Origin: Macrostomum lignano
Taxonomy: Eukaryota
NCBI GenBank assembly: GCA_002269645.1
Contig: NIVC01000001.1
Coordinates: forward strand, 992,001-1,056,000
DNA length: 64,000 nucleotides
Reading direction: 5' to 3'
A model generated the notes under the pieces. That model ran no database searches. It had not been told where the DNA came from and saw only the letters and a program-made list of their open reading frames with translations. The first letter of the stretch is position 1. Each line of letters starts with the position of its first letter. The translations under genes were made by a program, and so were the position numbers. Shown here in pieces: positions 1 through 26,578 of the stretch.

Positions 1-533
1 CAAAAGTTGATTTGTGAAAGTCAATTTGCCAAAAGCTGGTTGTTTCACCAAAAGTTGTTTTGCTAAACAAATAAACAAAGTGAAAAAGAAAAAACAAATG
101 AGGAAATGAAATGGTAAATGTTAAATTTGAAACATTAAAATCAATCCATGACCTTATCTATGAACAAATAAATAAGGTAAAATGTAGAATGTTAAATATT
201 AATATCACCCATGTTTTACAAATAAAGTGGTAAAATGCAGAAAAAGCATATAGCATATATGTGGCAGTTGTTGTGCAAAATATTATTCTCCTTGTATTTT
301 TTATAAAATTAAAAGACTTGAACCAGCAGAAAGAAGTTTTCTATAGTTGATAATTATTGGCTATGACAACTAAAAAATCAAACTTACAACCTTACCCATG
401 TGACCCAAGTATCATACCATGATACCAAAAAAGACTTTGAAATATTGCCAATATCATTATTTGAATTGGTAGATATCAGTTTCCCAATCAGGTTTTTGGT
501 GAATTGACTTTTGGCAAATAGTTTTTTGGCAAA

Positions 534-830
534 CATACATGCGCAACAGTCGGCTGAGTCGGCCGGTCCGGCCGACCGATTTGGCGGCCAACCAAGGAAG
601 TCGCAAAAATGCCCACCCGAAAAAATAACCAAGTAGTAGTACTAAGTAGCTGACGAGGCATTTTGACCTAATAATACAGTCATAGTTACTTCTACCGTTT
701 ACCCAAAGTTGCGTTAATTTTGCTTTAGGGTTTTTTACATCTAAGTCGCATTTTTGGCCAAAAACTACGTCGCATTTTTGTTAAAACTAAGTCGCATGGC
801 CGACCGAATTTTGGAGGTTGCGCATGTATG
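534..830. mobile_element. Non-autonomous hAT-type MITE
   Basis: Perfect 14-bp TIR CATACATGCGCAAC (534-547 / 817-830) flanked by an exact 8-bp direct repeat TTGGCAAA (526-533 / 831-838). An 8-bp TSD with short CA-initiated TIRs is the hAT signature. No ORF. Confidence 0.8.
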
Positions 831-2912
831 TTGGCAAATCATTGGCATTTTTTCATTTTACAATCCCCAAGCAAGTCAAGTTTTGTTTTATGATCCCCAT
901 TAAAATAGTCAAAAAGACATTCCAGTATATCAAAAAATTAAATTTCATCTCACAATTATTGTACATTATACTCACTTTTTAAATCTTATTAAATCAACAC
1001 TGTAATTGTCATTGAAATGTAACATTAAGTTATGGAAGAATAGCTTATATTTACTTTTGTTATACAATCATTTAAATGGTGAAATTATATGTAGGTGATT
1101 GTAAGACAAAACAAAAAGAGCTTGTAGGTTTCCAATTACGATTATACCAATAATAAAATTGCATTAGAGAGATTGTATCACAAAATTGAATGGATTAGTA
1201 TAGTCCAAAATTTGCAGTTTGATTATGTTCATTCTACGGACACAAAGTCTATGGTCTATGTCAAATGGTATATCTTCATCAAGATTGATGCATGGTTGAG
1301 AACAAATTGATTTGTTATGGTAATTGCTTCTCCACCCCCTCACATTTGTCTTATGATCCCCACTCAATATAAAACATACATCCATTTCATTAGGGAGATT
1401 GTGAAACAAAAGTGAGGGAAGGCCAAAAACAGGTGCATTAGTTATAAATGTCTGGCTTCTCGTGGAATGTCTAAGACTTAGATAAGACAAAACAGTAGGA
1501 TGTCCATCAGTTGATTAAATATATCAAAAATTTCCTAGAATTTTGAAATACAATCTCTCTAATACAATTTTACTCTTGGTATGATCATAATTCAAAACCT
1601 ACAAGCTTTTTCAATTTTTTCTTACAATTACTTACATATAAATTTACTATTTTAATGATTGTATGATAGAAATGAATATAAGCTACCTTCCTAACAAAAC
1701 ATAAGAGTTGTTGCTACAATACTATGCTTATAAGTGGTCCTATTTTAAAGTTGTAAAACAAAAGAATGCCGAATCATCTAGTATTCAACCCATATAATAT
1801 TTCTATAATTTTTAAATGCTAAACTAATAGTCATTTTATATTCACTAAGTCACTTAATTGAGATCTTATTTTGTGATCTGATTAAGTTAAAGAATTCTAC
1901 CCAAGAGCCACACTCAAGAAGGTGTACATAATGGCAGAAAATTCTGGTACATATCAACAAAAATGGTGCGCAAAGTGGGGTACACAGCGCATAAGTGCAC
2001 AGTGGCGCATAGCAAAAGCTAATAAGAAAAATTTAGCTTACAATGAGTCATTTAAATTTATACTCTGCATATACAGTGCATAAAATAAGCTTTTAGATTA
2101 CATTTTTTCCAAGCATATCAATTAAAAAATTGTTTCTTGGTAAGTGAAATGAATAATAGAATTCAAAATAGGATTTTACTATAAAGTTTAAGCTGATTCT
2201 TTTGACAATTTTCTATATGAGCTAAAATAAAGCACAAAGTTTTGAGTTAAAAAAGGCTACAAAAGGTATGAAAATTATCTGTTTTTTTATTTTTGTTTTA
2301 ATTAGACTTTTACTAAGTTTTTTATTGCTATGGTAGGCCTACATTAGTACTCTAGCTATGCATTTGTTAATAAATGAATGTAGGCCTTGGTGCACAAATT
2401 CATTTTTAGCTTTGCGCACAGCGCATATTCCAAAAATACACAGAAATATATTCCCCCGCATATGTGACACTTTCCTGAGAGTGGCCCAAAAGCAGAATAG
2501 GTTTTATATAGGCCTATACTATACATGTAATGTAAACAATGTAAATTATATTTGGACTATATAGACTTATTGAATCAAAAATACAAAGAGAATTAGGCAT
2601 TTTTAGACAATGCCTAAAAGTCAATCTTAGACCTAAAATGCATAAGGTAGCTATACAATTTCTTGCTATAACCAATGCCTTGAATTCTCTTTTCCTTTTA
2701 TTGTAATAAATATAGTTTAGCATACTATGATAGGCTTACTACTAAGTTGTTTACTAACTAGGGAGAACAAAGGTAACTTGTTAAAAAATGTACAAAGTAA
2801 AAATTTTGTTACGATTCAAAATTAAGATTAAGATTTAAAAGATTAAAAGTAAATTAAATACTGATAATATTATAACTTTTAAGCCTCTTTTGAGAACATA
2901 TTCAAATAAAAT

Positions 2913-3092
2913 CATAGATGCGCAACCTTGGGAATCACCTAGCTGTTTCTATTGGTAACACATACGACATACATATAAGTCACTATTGGCTAAGAGCAGT
3001 CATGTGACTACTTTTTTTGTCTAATAGTGACTTACATGTATATGCTGCCAATAGAAAAGGCTGAGTAAATTCTAAGGTTTTGCCCAAGCATG
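2913..3092. mobile_element. Foldback hAT-type MITE, copy 1 (same family as 6865-7016)
   Basis: Starts CATAGATGCGCAACC and ends CCCAAGCATG like the 6865 copy. Internal inverted repeat (TTTCTATTGG...CCAATAGAAA). Flanks AATAAAAT / AATAGAAT give a 7/8 TSD match. Confidence 0.7.
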
Positions 3093-4145
3093 AATAGAAT
3101 AATAGAGTTATTTAAACAAACCTTGACTTTCCAACTCCACTTTCTCCAATGATTAATATTTTAAGTGTTGTTAGTGTGTCACCAGAATCCATTTTGATGC
3201 TTAGCCTAGGCCTACACTAATGCTAATATAGTAAAAATAGCCTATGTTTTATTAACTATTTATATTTACTATTGATATTTGCAGCTTAAGCTGCTTTAAT
3301 TTTGTAGAACTAGATGTAGAATGCTTTAGGCCTAGGAGTTAGGGCTTACGCTTTATTTAGAAACTAATTCAGCTGTACCTGTAACTGTAAGTGCAATTTC
3401 ACTTAAAGTAGGGCCTTAAGGTTAAGCTAGAGTAAATTTGCAAGACAAATGCTACATTAAGTTCTGAGGACTACTAGGCCCCTAACACACACAAAATCTA
3501 TATAATAAGCCTCACTGAAGTGAAAATCTTAAATGATAAAAATCTAACTAAAAACGTATCCAAGAAGCGACAACAATATCAATTCTAATTATGTAAAAAT
3601 TATTAACTAAGGAGGTCGTCAATTCGTGAGCAATAAACTTAAAAACATTTTATCGAATACATACGCTACTACTACTATACTACGCTTTATTTACTGGTGA
3701 CTCCTGTCGAGCAGCTAATATCATATGACTCGCTCGAAACTCTGGGGCTTTTCGTGGAAAAAGTCCACTAAGAAGTCCACTATGTTTATTTACTCTAAAT
3801 TTACTCTAAAAAAGTAATTTATATTAAATAAAAATAATTCGCATAGTTTGTAAGAAAAAGATCTTATAAAAGCAAAAACTGAGAAATATTTGTTGTACGA
3901 AATAGATTATCACAAATTTCAAAACCCGGACTTCCTAAAACCAAGGACGACTTAAGTAAAGTTAAGGTCCTTGCCTAAAACTTCCTAAAGAATTCCAGTA
4001 ATGCATGATTAACCAACATACTTAGGCCTAGTACGAGTATAAGTTAGTATATGAAAGGCAATATAGACCTCTCTCATTTCAACTAAAACCAAACTGAACT
4101 GTCTACTGGAAGTGGGTCGCAATTATATTTTTATTTATTTGGCAG

Positions 4146-4365
4146 TGCTTATCCACACGGTACCGTAGGAATAATTTCTGTCTTATTCCAACGGTACCGT
4201 GCGAATAATTTTCTGCTTATCCGCACGGCACACTGAGGAGATAGCTGCCCTATCTTCTACATATGCCGTGCGAATAATTTTCTGCTTATCCGCACGGCAC
4301 ACTGACGAGATAGCTGCCCTATCTTCTACATATGCCGTGCGAATAATTTTCTATCTCAGCTATCT
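4146..4365. repeat. 69-bp direct repeat (about 2.3 copies) built from hairpins, preceded by a related palindrome
   Basis: CCGTGCGAATAATTTTCT recurs at 4197, 4266 and 4335 (69-bp spacing). Palindrome CACGGTACCGT..GGAATAA / TTATTCC..ACGGTACCGTG at 4156-4201. Confidence 0.8.
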
Positions 4366-4393
4366 CAATGGACAATGCTAGCCCTGTTGTTAT

Positions 4394-4742
4394 CAGAGGC
4401 GCCGCCATGGGTTATATGGTGGGGGACAAAGGCAAGAATTATATATGTACATTCTGCATCTAAATTCCTACATGTACATTATTTTCAGAATTGGTGTTGC
4501 CAGCGCTCATTTAAGCGCCACAAGCACCCATTTCAGCGCCGTAGGCACTCATTTTAGGGCCATAGGCGCTATGTTTTTGTCGCTCTGAAGCAAAATTAGG
4601 CCTAGTGACTTCATTCATTCACAGATCACAAGGTGGGGTTGGGGGGGGGGAAAGCTTTGGCATGTCCCCCCATAGCTTTTAGGCCTACTCAAGGGGGCAA
4701 TGGGCATGTCCCCCTTGTGCCCTCCAAGTGGCGACACCCCTA
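4394..4742. mobile_element. Decayed hAT-type MITE (same family as 61719-61951)
   Basis: Ends CAGAGGCGCCGCCA ... TGGCGACACCCCTA. Shares ATGGTGGGGGACAAAG, GGCACTCATTTT and CATGTCCC blocks with the 61719 copy. Flanks GTTGTTAT / GTTGTTTT give a 7/8 TSD match. Confidence 0.6.
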
Positions 4743-4999
4743 GTTGTTTTGTTATGTTATAATATATATATCATATTGTTAGATTATCATATTCAATGTT
4801 ATAATAGGCCTATGACCATTTGACTAAAATTCCTGAGCTGTCTATGCTAGGCCTACTCTATATCACTAGGCCTACCATTTTTTAATGATAGGCCCTATAA
4901 GTCTACCAGTACCTAGGCCTATTAATCGGCTATTATTAGGTTTATTAAGGTAAGGAAGGTAGCATACTACACAGGTAAAGAAGGTAGCATATCAAGATC

Positions 5000-5750
5000 C
5001 AGTTGATATCAACTTTGACTTTCACGCACTGTCAATACCTGACAATCTAATTGTGCATGACATCAGAGAGCCTGGTCAATGACATCTACTGATGGTGACA
5101 CTTGCAATGTTGCACTACCTCCAGTATGCAACTAACTGGTACCTTGATAGTACATTTAGTATCATACCAGTACAATTTCTATAGCTTTACTCACTGCACA
5201 CATTTGACGTTTGTCATTAGTGCCATGCCAAGGGGCACTTAAAGTAGGCCCCTAGTCCGAACCATTGCTAATGGTGTTAATATCTGGCAAAGGCTAAGCT
5301 ACAATGACTACCACTTAGTCTTCTCTGTCATGTGTGACATTCTCCATGGCTGGCCATCCAAATGCATGATCAACTATAAGGCAGTACAGACCAAATTCCA
5401 AATGTCAATTTGGCATGGTTGTGCTTTCTATTATATTCAAGTTATATACTAGCACATCCTCACCACTGGACTAGGCCTAGCACAGGCCTAGGGCCTACTC
5501 AAATGACAAAGGCATGCAGATGCTCTACCAACAGCTCATGGCTTTACTTTTTCTGCCTGGCAATAGAATTGCAAATGCCTTCTACTCACTGTGGAGCATA
5601 GTCATGGATTAGAAGTTGAACAAACTCTGTGACTACATTCAGGCCACTTGGATCTGTGGCTCCAACTGGCAAGTGCAAGAGATTTCAGTCTATCAGTTGG
5701 CCATCAGGACATTCAATGACATAGAAGGCTGGCATAACAAGCTTCAATAG
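5000..5750 (+). pseudogene. Decayed Mutator-like (MULE/IS256 superfamily) transposase remnant
   Basis: Manual translation gives WYLDSTFSIIPVQFL*LYSLHTF (compare WYxDGTFK...FxQLYTIH), PNV..GCAFYYIQ (compare GCxFHxxQ) and LCDYIQATWI...RTFNDIEGWHNKL (compare DYFxxTWI...RTNNxxEGWH). Several in-frame stops and frameshifts. The left boundary is approximate. Confidence 0.75.
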
Positions 5751-6864
5751 CACACAAAGAAGGCTAAAATTCAGTTTTACCTGCTACTAAAGCTTCTTTG
5801 TAGTTTTATTTGTTAATGTATATTTTTAGAGAGAGAGATATAGAGGGCAAGAGCAATGAAATTAGCACTTGTATTATATATTTTTTCACAATTTGTTATG
5901 CAATTATGCTCTGATTTGTTGCAATTTTTGTACATTGTACTCCCTTATTTTTTGGCTTTGTTTTTACCATGTTTCTTGTTTGACTATATTTTGTTACCTG
6001 GCTTTGTTATATCTATGCTGCTTTGTTGCAATTTTGGTTTGCTTTTCACAATTGCTTCCTATCCCAGTCAATGTAATAAAGAAAATTATATTATACTTGC
6101 AAAACTAAAGCTATACAACCTATTGTGTTACTGCTGTGGGTTTTGGTCTATTGCCAAAAAGTTTGTTACCATAGTGACCTATCACCAAAATGGTTTGTCA
6201 TCAAAATTGACTTGATTCGACATTGACTATAAAAATCCTATTTGCTCAAATAGAGTTTTTGAGCATCTATTCTTAAGTTATTGAGCTCTAGATTGTAAAA
6301 ATTATAAGAATGATTAAATAAATAGTTCAAGATACCAACTCTAGAGTCTAAATTATGATATGATTATGATTATTATGATATGATGATAGTATGATATGAA
6401 TTGAGATAAAACTTACACCAAAACAAATGAAAGGTAGCTAAAACTAATTATATTTAATAATGACCAAGGTCTTATAAATAATGATATAAAGCCAAAATAT
6501 TTTTGCTAGCAAGTTGCTTAAAATTTTTTATCTAGTCAAGGTCTTTGTTTTAGTTGAAATATTATATTATATATTATATTATATTATATATTAGATTTTA
6601 AACAAGAAAATATCTCAATAAGCTAGCATAGCATTTTTGGTATTTTGTTGTCTATTGGTTAATAATATTCTATATTCTGTATAGTCTAAAATATGTAATA
6701 ATCAACCTTCAATATATACTATAAGTATAAAAATTAATTGTAATAATTAATTACATTTCTCTTAATATACATTTATACAACTGGCTACAATAATAGCTGT
6801 AGCTATTGTGTGGCACATTTGAAAGCTACATATAGCTATTTAGTCTAAGGGCTATAGATAGCTG

Positions 6865-7016
6865 CATATATGCGCAACCTTTGGAATCACCTGGCCATTT
6901 CTATTGGCAATACACACATAACAATCACATGACTACTATTCCACCCAATGGCGACTTACATGTGTGTGTTGCCAATAGAAATGGCCGGGTGAATCCCTAG
7001 GTTGCACCCAAGCATG
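6865..7016. mobile_element. Foldback hAT-type MITE, copy 2
   Basis: Exact 8-bp TSD GATAGCTG (6857-6864 / 7017-7024). About 44-bp inverted arms (6876-6919 vs 6960-7003) with a core match GGCCATTTCTATTGGCAA. 5' end CATATATGCGCAACC. Confidence 0.8.
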
Positions 7017-7029
7017 GATAGCTGTCATA

Positions 7030-7200
7030 CCCTAAATTATCCTAGCTAATGCTGGTACCCATTTTATAGCTTGTTGAATTAAAGCAATGCAGTGTAAAGT
7101 GTCTTGCTTGAGGATAAAAATTGTTCTTAGTGGGTTGAGAATCAAACCCCCAACCTTTCAAGCTATGAGTCCCCAGTCCAATGCTCTAACCACTAGGCTA
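7030..7200 (-). mobile_element. tRNA-derived CORE-like SINE, old diverged copy A
   Basis: Aligns by eye to the copies at 37086, 44200 and 48606 (AGCTAATGCTGG.ACCCATTTT...GTCTTGCT...AACCACTAGGCTA), with many C>T and G>A changes. Confidence 0.75.
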
Positions 7201-7481
7201 TTATCTCCATTGTACTATACTATAATACCATCTTATTCTGTTTAAGTTATCAATAGAATATTTGTGGTATGGATAATATTGAGACAATAGTACAGTTTAG
7301 CACTAGAACATTTGCCAGTAAGACATATACTTAAAGTACTTATGTACTTTGTTTTAAAGTAAATATGTGAGATAAACCATGCATCTGCTCTTTGCATAAC
7401 TTTGACTTTAATACTTAAAATTTCAGCAAACACTCCAAATTCTTAAGTCAAAAATTATTAAAATAATTAGTTTTAAGCAAC

Positions 7482-21654
<14,173 letters not shown>

Positions 21655-21846
21655 ACATATCGGCCTGGTTCAACTCTCCCAGCTGACACTGTTATAACTG
21701 CCCTCCGTTGGTAATCAAGCTATCAGGCCTGAATTGTTTGTTGCTGCGATTTTTATTGCTTTTCTATGCACCACGATTTATCGGCAAAAATTATGAGATT
21801 TTTTGCAGCACTTTTATTCAGTTTCCAAGATTTTATGAATTCATTT

Positions 21847-21852
21847 AATAAA
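21847..21852 (+). terminator. Likely aPKC polyadenylation signal AATAAA
   Basis: First AATAAA about 190 nt after the stop codon, just before the next repeat array. Confidence 0.55.
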
Positions 21853-21895
21853 GAGATCATCAGTTTGGAGTGATTTAGTATCCAATTATATATCC

Positions 21896-22488
21896 TCACC
21901 TGTGATCCCCCAGTGCAGCAGTTTCCCATTATCCTTCTCCTGTGATCCCCCAGTGCAGCAGTTTCCCATTATCCTTCTCCTGTGATCCCCCAGTGCAGCA
22001 GTTTCCCATTATCCCCACCTGTGATCCCCCAGTGAAGCAGTTTCCCATTATCCCCACCTGTGATCCCCCAGTGAAGCAGTTTCCCATTATCCCCTCCTGT
22101 GATCCCCCAGTGAAGCAGTTTCCCATTATCCCCACCTGTGATCCCCCCAGTGAAGCAGTTTCCCATTATCCCACCTGTGATCCCCCAGTGAAGCAGTTTC
22201 CCATTATCCCCACCTGTGATCCCCCAGTGAAGCAGTTTCCCATTATCCCACCTGTGATCCCCCAGTGAAGCAGTTTCCCATTATCCTTCTCCTGTGATCC
22301 CCCCAGTGCAGCAGCTTCCCATTATCCCACCTGTGATCCCCCAGTGCAGCAGCTTCCCATTATCACCACCTGTGATCCCCCAGTGCAGCAGCTTCCCATT
22401 ATCCCACCTGTGATCCCCCAGTGCAGCAGTTTCCCATTATCCCACCTGTGATCCCCCCAGTGCAGCAGCTTCCCATTATCCCACCTGT
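21896..22488. repeat. About 39-bp minisatellite CACCTGTGATCCCCCAGTGAAGCAGTTTCCCATTATCCC
   Basis: Tandem array downstream of aPKC. Confidence 0.9.
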
Positions 22489-23379
22489 GTCCAATCTCAA
22501 GCAGAAATGCCTTAGTAGTAAACAGCATGACCAAAGGCCAAGGGTCTTGAGTCAATGCTATCTGTATTGCCAGCAGTGCTAGAATTCATTCCTAATTAAA
22601 TTGTTTACTGCTCTTGTTTGCTTTACCACGAGCCTTCAATCAAGCAATCGGCCACTCAAATTATTGCGTTGATTCTAGTGAAGTTGCACATAATATTGTT
22701 ACCTCCATTTTCCCTACACACCTGTACATCGGAGTTAATGTTGTAATGCACCTAATTGTCTTCCATCTATTGTACGGACTTTGTTATCTATACTTTCGTT
22801 GCCGGGGGGTCTCTCCCTGTCTCTCCCTTTTTCGCAATCTCTGCCGCTTATACATCGTAGCTTGGTCAATCTTAGCGCTGTCTATCTAATATTAATTATG
22901 ATGATTTATAATTCTCTGGCCTCATTCACTGCCCATTCATCAACATGCTAAACTCGCACTCAATGTACGGCTGTGCTAAACGGGTTGCTAAATTTATAGT
23001 ATGAGCTTGTAAGCTTGTTACCTTTGTGTTTCCACGCGGCACTTTTGTTGCTACTAACAATTTTACTTAGTTTTTGATTAATTATAAATAAATCTAATAA
23101 ATGCATAGTTATATATCCTGTTGGTCTGTAAGCCAGATTTCTAGAACAAATCATTCCGTATTGATCCGCTTACAGTTAATCTGTTTGTGTTGTCTTTTGT
23201 TGTTCACTGATTTGATTGGCGATGATATGTTCTAGCTATAGCTGTGTGGTCTTACAACAACATTCGAAGATCATTTTAATTTATCAAGATTTTGCTTTAC
23301 GTTCAGCACCCAAACCACTTTACAATTATGAGTAACCACACTTCTCAAGGCCCCAGTCGCTGAGTCACCTTGTCCTTGC

Positions 23380-23748
23380 CAGATCCTCAGTTGCTGGGCC
23401 AGCCTCCCAGATCCTCAGTTGCTGGGCCAGCCTCCCAGATCCTCAGTTGCTGGGCCAGCCTCCCAGATCCTCAGTTGCTGGGCCAGCCTCCCAGATCCTC
23501 AGTTGCTGGGCCAGCCTCCCAGATCCTCAGTTGCTGGGCCAGCCTCCCTGATCCTCAGTTGCTGGGCCAGCCTCCCTGATCCTCAGTTGCTGGGCCAGCC
23601 TCCCAGATCCTCAGTTGCTGGGCCAGCCTCCCAGATCCTCAGTTGCTGGGCCAGCCTCCCAGATCCTCAGTTGCTGGGCCAGCCTCCCAGATCCTCAGTT
23701 GCTGGGCCAGCCTCCCAGATCCTCAGTTGCTGGGCCAGCGTCCCAGAT
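23380..23748. repeat. 28-bp minisatellite, same unit as 10487-10800
   Basis: About 13 copies of GGGCCAGCCTCCCAGATCCTCAGTTGCT. Confidence 0.92.
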
Positions 23749-24256
23749 CATCTGATGCGGGGCTACGCTCGTACCCTTTCGAAGCTACTGGACTTACAAA
23801 GACCGTTTAGAATAAATTTACGAGTGCAAAGGCTCGGCATTAGACTTTTTTGGAATTGGAATACGTCTCGTTAATTCTGTTGATATTCTAGAAATCTTCT
23901 TCATGGTGTTTTGTTATTTATTTATTTATTGCAGACGTTGCCAAAAGCACGCTGTACCATGCGTTTAATACTTGTACAATGAAGCATTTGAATTGGCATT
24001 AAAAAAACAATCAATCAATGAAGGTAGTGACAATCAATACAAAAATGATTACGGCATTTTACATTGGTAGGACATTTTGGGAAAAAAATGGATGAAAATT
24101 CGTATGAATATGAGTATGGCGCTATAGTTCTCTTTTAGAGGTAGACAGACTAGCACTCAGACATTAGATTGAGCAGTGCATCGTGGCAGTCAACTGTCAA
24201 TCTGCAGCCAGCAGTCATATCCATTTATGACCCCTGAGCGCGTTGCATCTGGCCGC

Positions 24257-24650
24257 ACTGATCACACAGGGTGTACACTGATCACACAGGATGTACACTG
24301 ATCACACAGGGTGTACACTGGTCACAGGGTGTACACTGATCACACAGGGTGTACACTGATCACACAGGGTGTACACTGATCACACAGGGTGTACACTGAT
24401 CACACAGGATGTACACTGATCACACAGGGTGTACACTGGTCACAGGGTGTACACTGATCACACAGGGTGTACACTGATCACACAGGGTGTACACTGATCA
24501 CACAGGGTGTACACTGATCACACAGGGTGTGCACTGATCACACAGGGTGAACACTGATCACACAGGGTGTACACTGATCACACAGGGTGTGCACTGATCA
24601 CACAGGGTGTACACTGATCATACAGGGTGTACACTGATCAAACATGGTGT
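24257..24650. repeat. 20-bp minisatellite GTACACTGATCACACAGGGT
   Basis: About 19 tandem copies. Confidence 0.92.
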
Positions 24651-25085
24651 ACAGCGGCTCTGACTTCCCCAAGACTTTCTCTCAGGCCTTGGCGTTTAAA
24701 CCAGCTAGCAAAATTTTCAAAGAACCAAGCAATGCCAGAAAAGATTTTTAACTTACGAGCGTACAGAGCGACGCAAACAAAAAAAGTTTGATCCAAGTCG
24801 AGAACCTGAGCTTACGGATGGAGCAGTCTTGAATGTGCATGCAGCCTGTGTTACAGGTGCCACATAATCAAGTAGAGAGGTTCAAGCACAAGCGGACATC
24901 CAGCCCTAGAGACACAGTTTATCCTATATAATAGTAATATTAATGATACCCTTATAAATACTACTTTAGTAGAAGCAAAAGACATCATATACCCAACGAG
25001 AAAACTTTACAACTTGCTGCTGTGGACCAGGCCGTACATGTACTGCTGCCTTCATACTGGCTATATTTACTCCATTTCCCTTCGT

Positions 25086-26500
25086 GTGGTAGATTAGCAA
25101 TCCACTCCATTTTCCTCGTGTGATAGATTAGCAATCCACTCAATTTCCCCTGTGTGATAGATTAGCAATCCACTCGATTTCCCCTGTGTGATAGATTAGC
25201 AATCCACTCCATTTTCCTCGTGTGATAGATTAGCAATCCACTCCATTTCCCTCGTGTGATAGATTAGCAATCCACTCAATTTCCCCTGTGTGATAGATTA
25301 GCAATCCACTCCATTTTCCTCGTGTGATAGATTAGCAATCCACTCAATTTCCCCTGTGTGATAGATTAGCAATCCACTCGATTTCCCCTGTGTGATAGAT
25401 TAGCAATCCACTCCATTTCCCTCGTGTGATAGATTAGCAATCCACTCAATTTCCCCTGTGTGATAGATTAGCAATCCACTCCATTTCCCTCGTGTGATAG
25501 ATTAGCAATCCACTCGATTTCCCCTGTGTGATAGATTAGCAATCCACTCGATTTCCCCTGTGTGATAGATTAGCAATCCACTCCATTTCCCTCGTGTGAT
25601 AGATTAGCAATCCACTCGATTTCCCCTGTGTGATAGATTAGCAATCCACTCCATTTTCCTCGTGTGATAGATTAGCAATCCACTCCATTTTCCTCGTGTG
25701 ATAGATTAGCAATCCACTCCATTTTCCTCGTGTGATAGATTAGCAATCCACTCCATTTTCCTCGTGTGATAGATTAGCAATCCACTCAATTTCCCCTGTG
25801 TGATAGATTAGCAATCCACTCGATTTCCCCTGTGTGATAGATTAGCAATCCACTCCATTTCCCTCGTGTGATAGATTAGCAATCCACTCGATTTCCCCTG
25901 TGTGATATATTAGCAATCCACTCCATTTTCCTCGTGTGATAGATTAGCAATCCACTCAATTTCCCCTGTGTGATAGATTAGCAATCCACTCGATTTCCCC
26001 TGTGTGATAGATTAGCAATCCACTCGATTTCCCCTGTGTGATAGATTAGCAATCCACTCCATTTCCTTCGTGTGATTTATTAGCAATCCACTCGATTTCC
26101 CTCGTGTGATATATTAGCAATCCACTCGATTTCCCCTGTGTAATAGATTAGCAATCCACTCCATTTCCCATGTGGGATAGATTAGCAATCCACTCCATTT
26201 CCCATGTGGGATATATTAGCAATCCACTCCATTTCCCATGTGGGATATATTAGCAACCCACTCCATTTCCCATGTGGAATAGATTAGCAACCCACTCAAT
26301 TTCCCCTGTGGGATAGATTAGTAATCCACTCAATTTCCCCTGTGGGATAGATTAGCAACCCACTTAATTTCCCCTGTGGGATATATTAGCAATCCACTCA
26401 ATTTCCCCTGTGGGATAGATTAGCAACCCACTCAATTTCCCCTGTGGGATATATTAGCAACCCACTCCATTTCCCCTGTGGGATAGATTAGTAATCCACT
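25086..26500. repeat. 34-bp minisatellite GATTAGCAATCCACTCCATTTCCCCTGTGTGATA
   Basis: About 41 copies. Begins about 80 nt past the Ski stop codon on the minus strand. Confidence 0.93.
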
Positions 26501-26578
26501 CAAATTCTTTTTAATTTCCCAAACTTCTTCCTTGAGCATCAAACATAGTCATCGCAGCTCAGGATCAGAGTCGTGTCA

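Noticed and set aside
1164-1490. 108-aa minus-strand ORF, faintly like a LINE C-terminal remnant
   Set aside because: No convincing RT or endonuclease motif by eye. It cannot be supported without a search.
4149-4157. TTATCCACA (bacterial DnaA box)
   Set aside because: Single occurrence inside a hairpin repeat in an animal genome, so most likely chance.
7471-7481. TTTTAAG acceptor 4 nt before the aPKC ATG as a possible spliced-leader site
   Set aside because: Cannot be distinguished from an ordinary cis acceptor or chance without transcript data.
21896-26500. Regularly spaced repeats resembling CRISPR arrays
   Set aside because: Units are head-to-tail with no unique spacers, there are no cas genes, and the context is eukaryotic.
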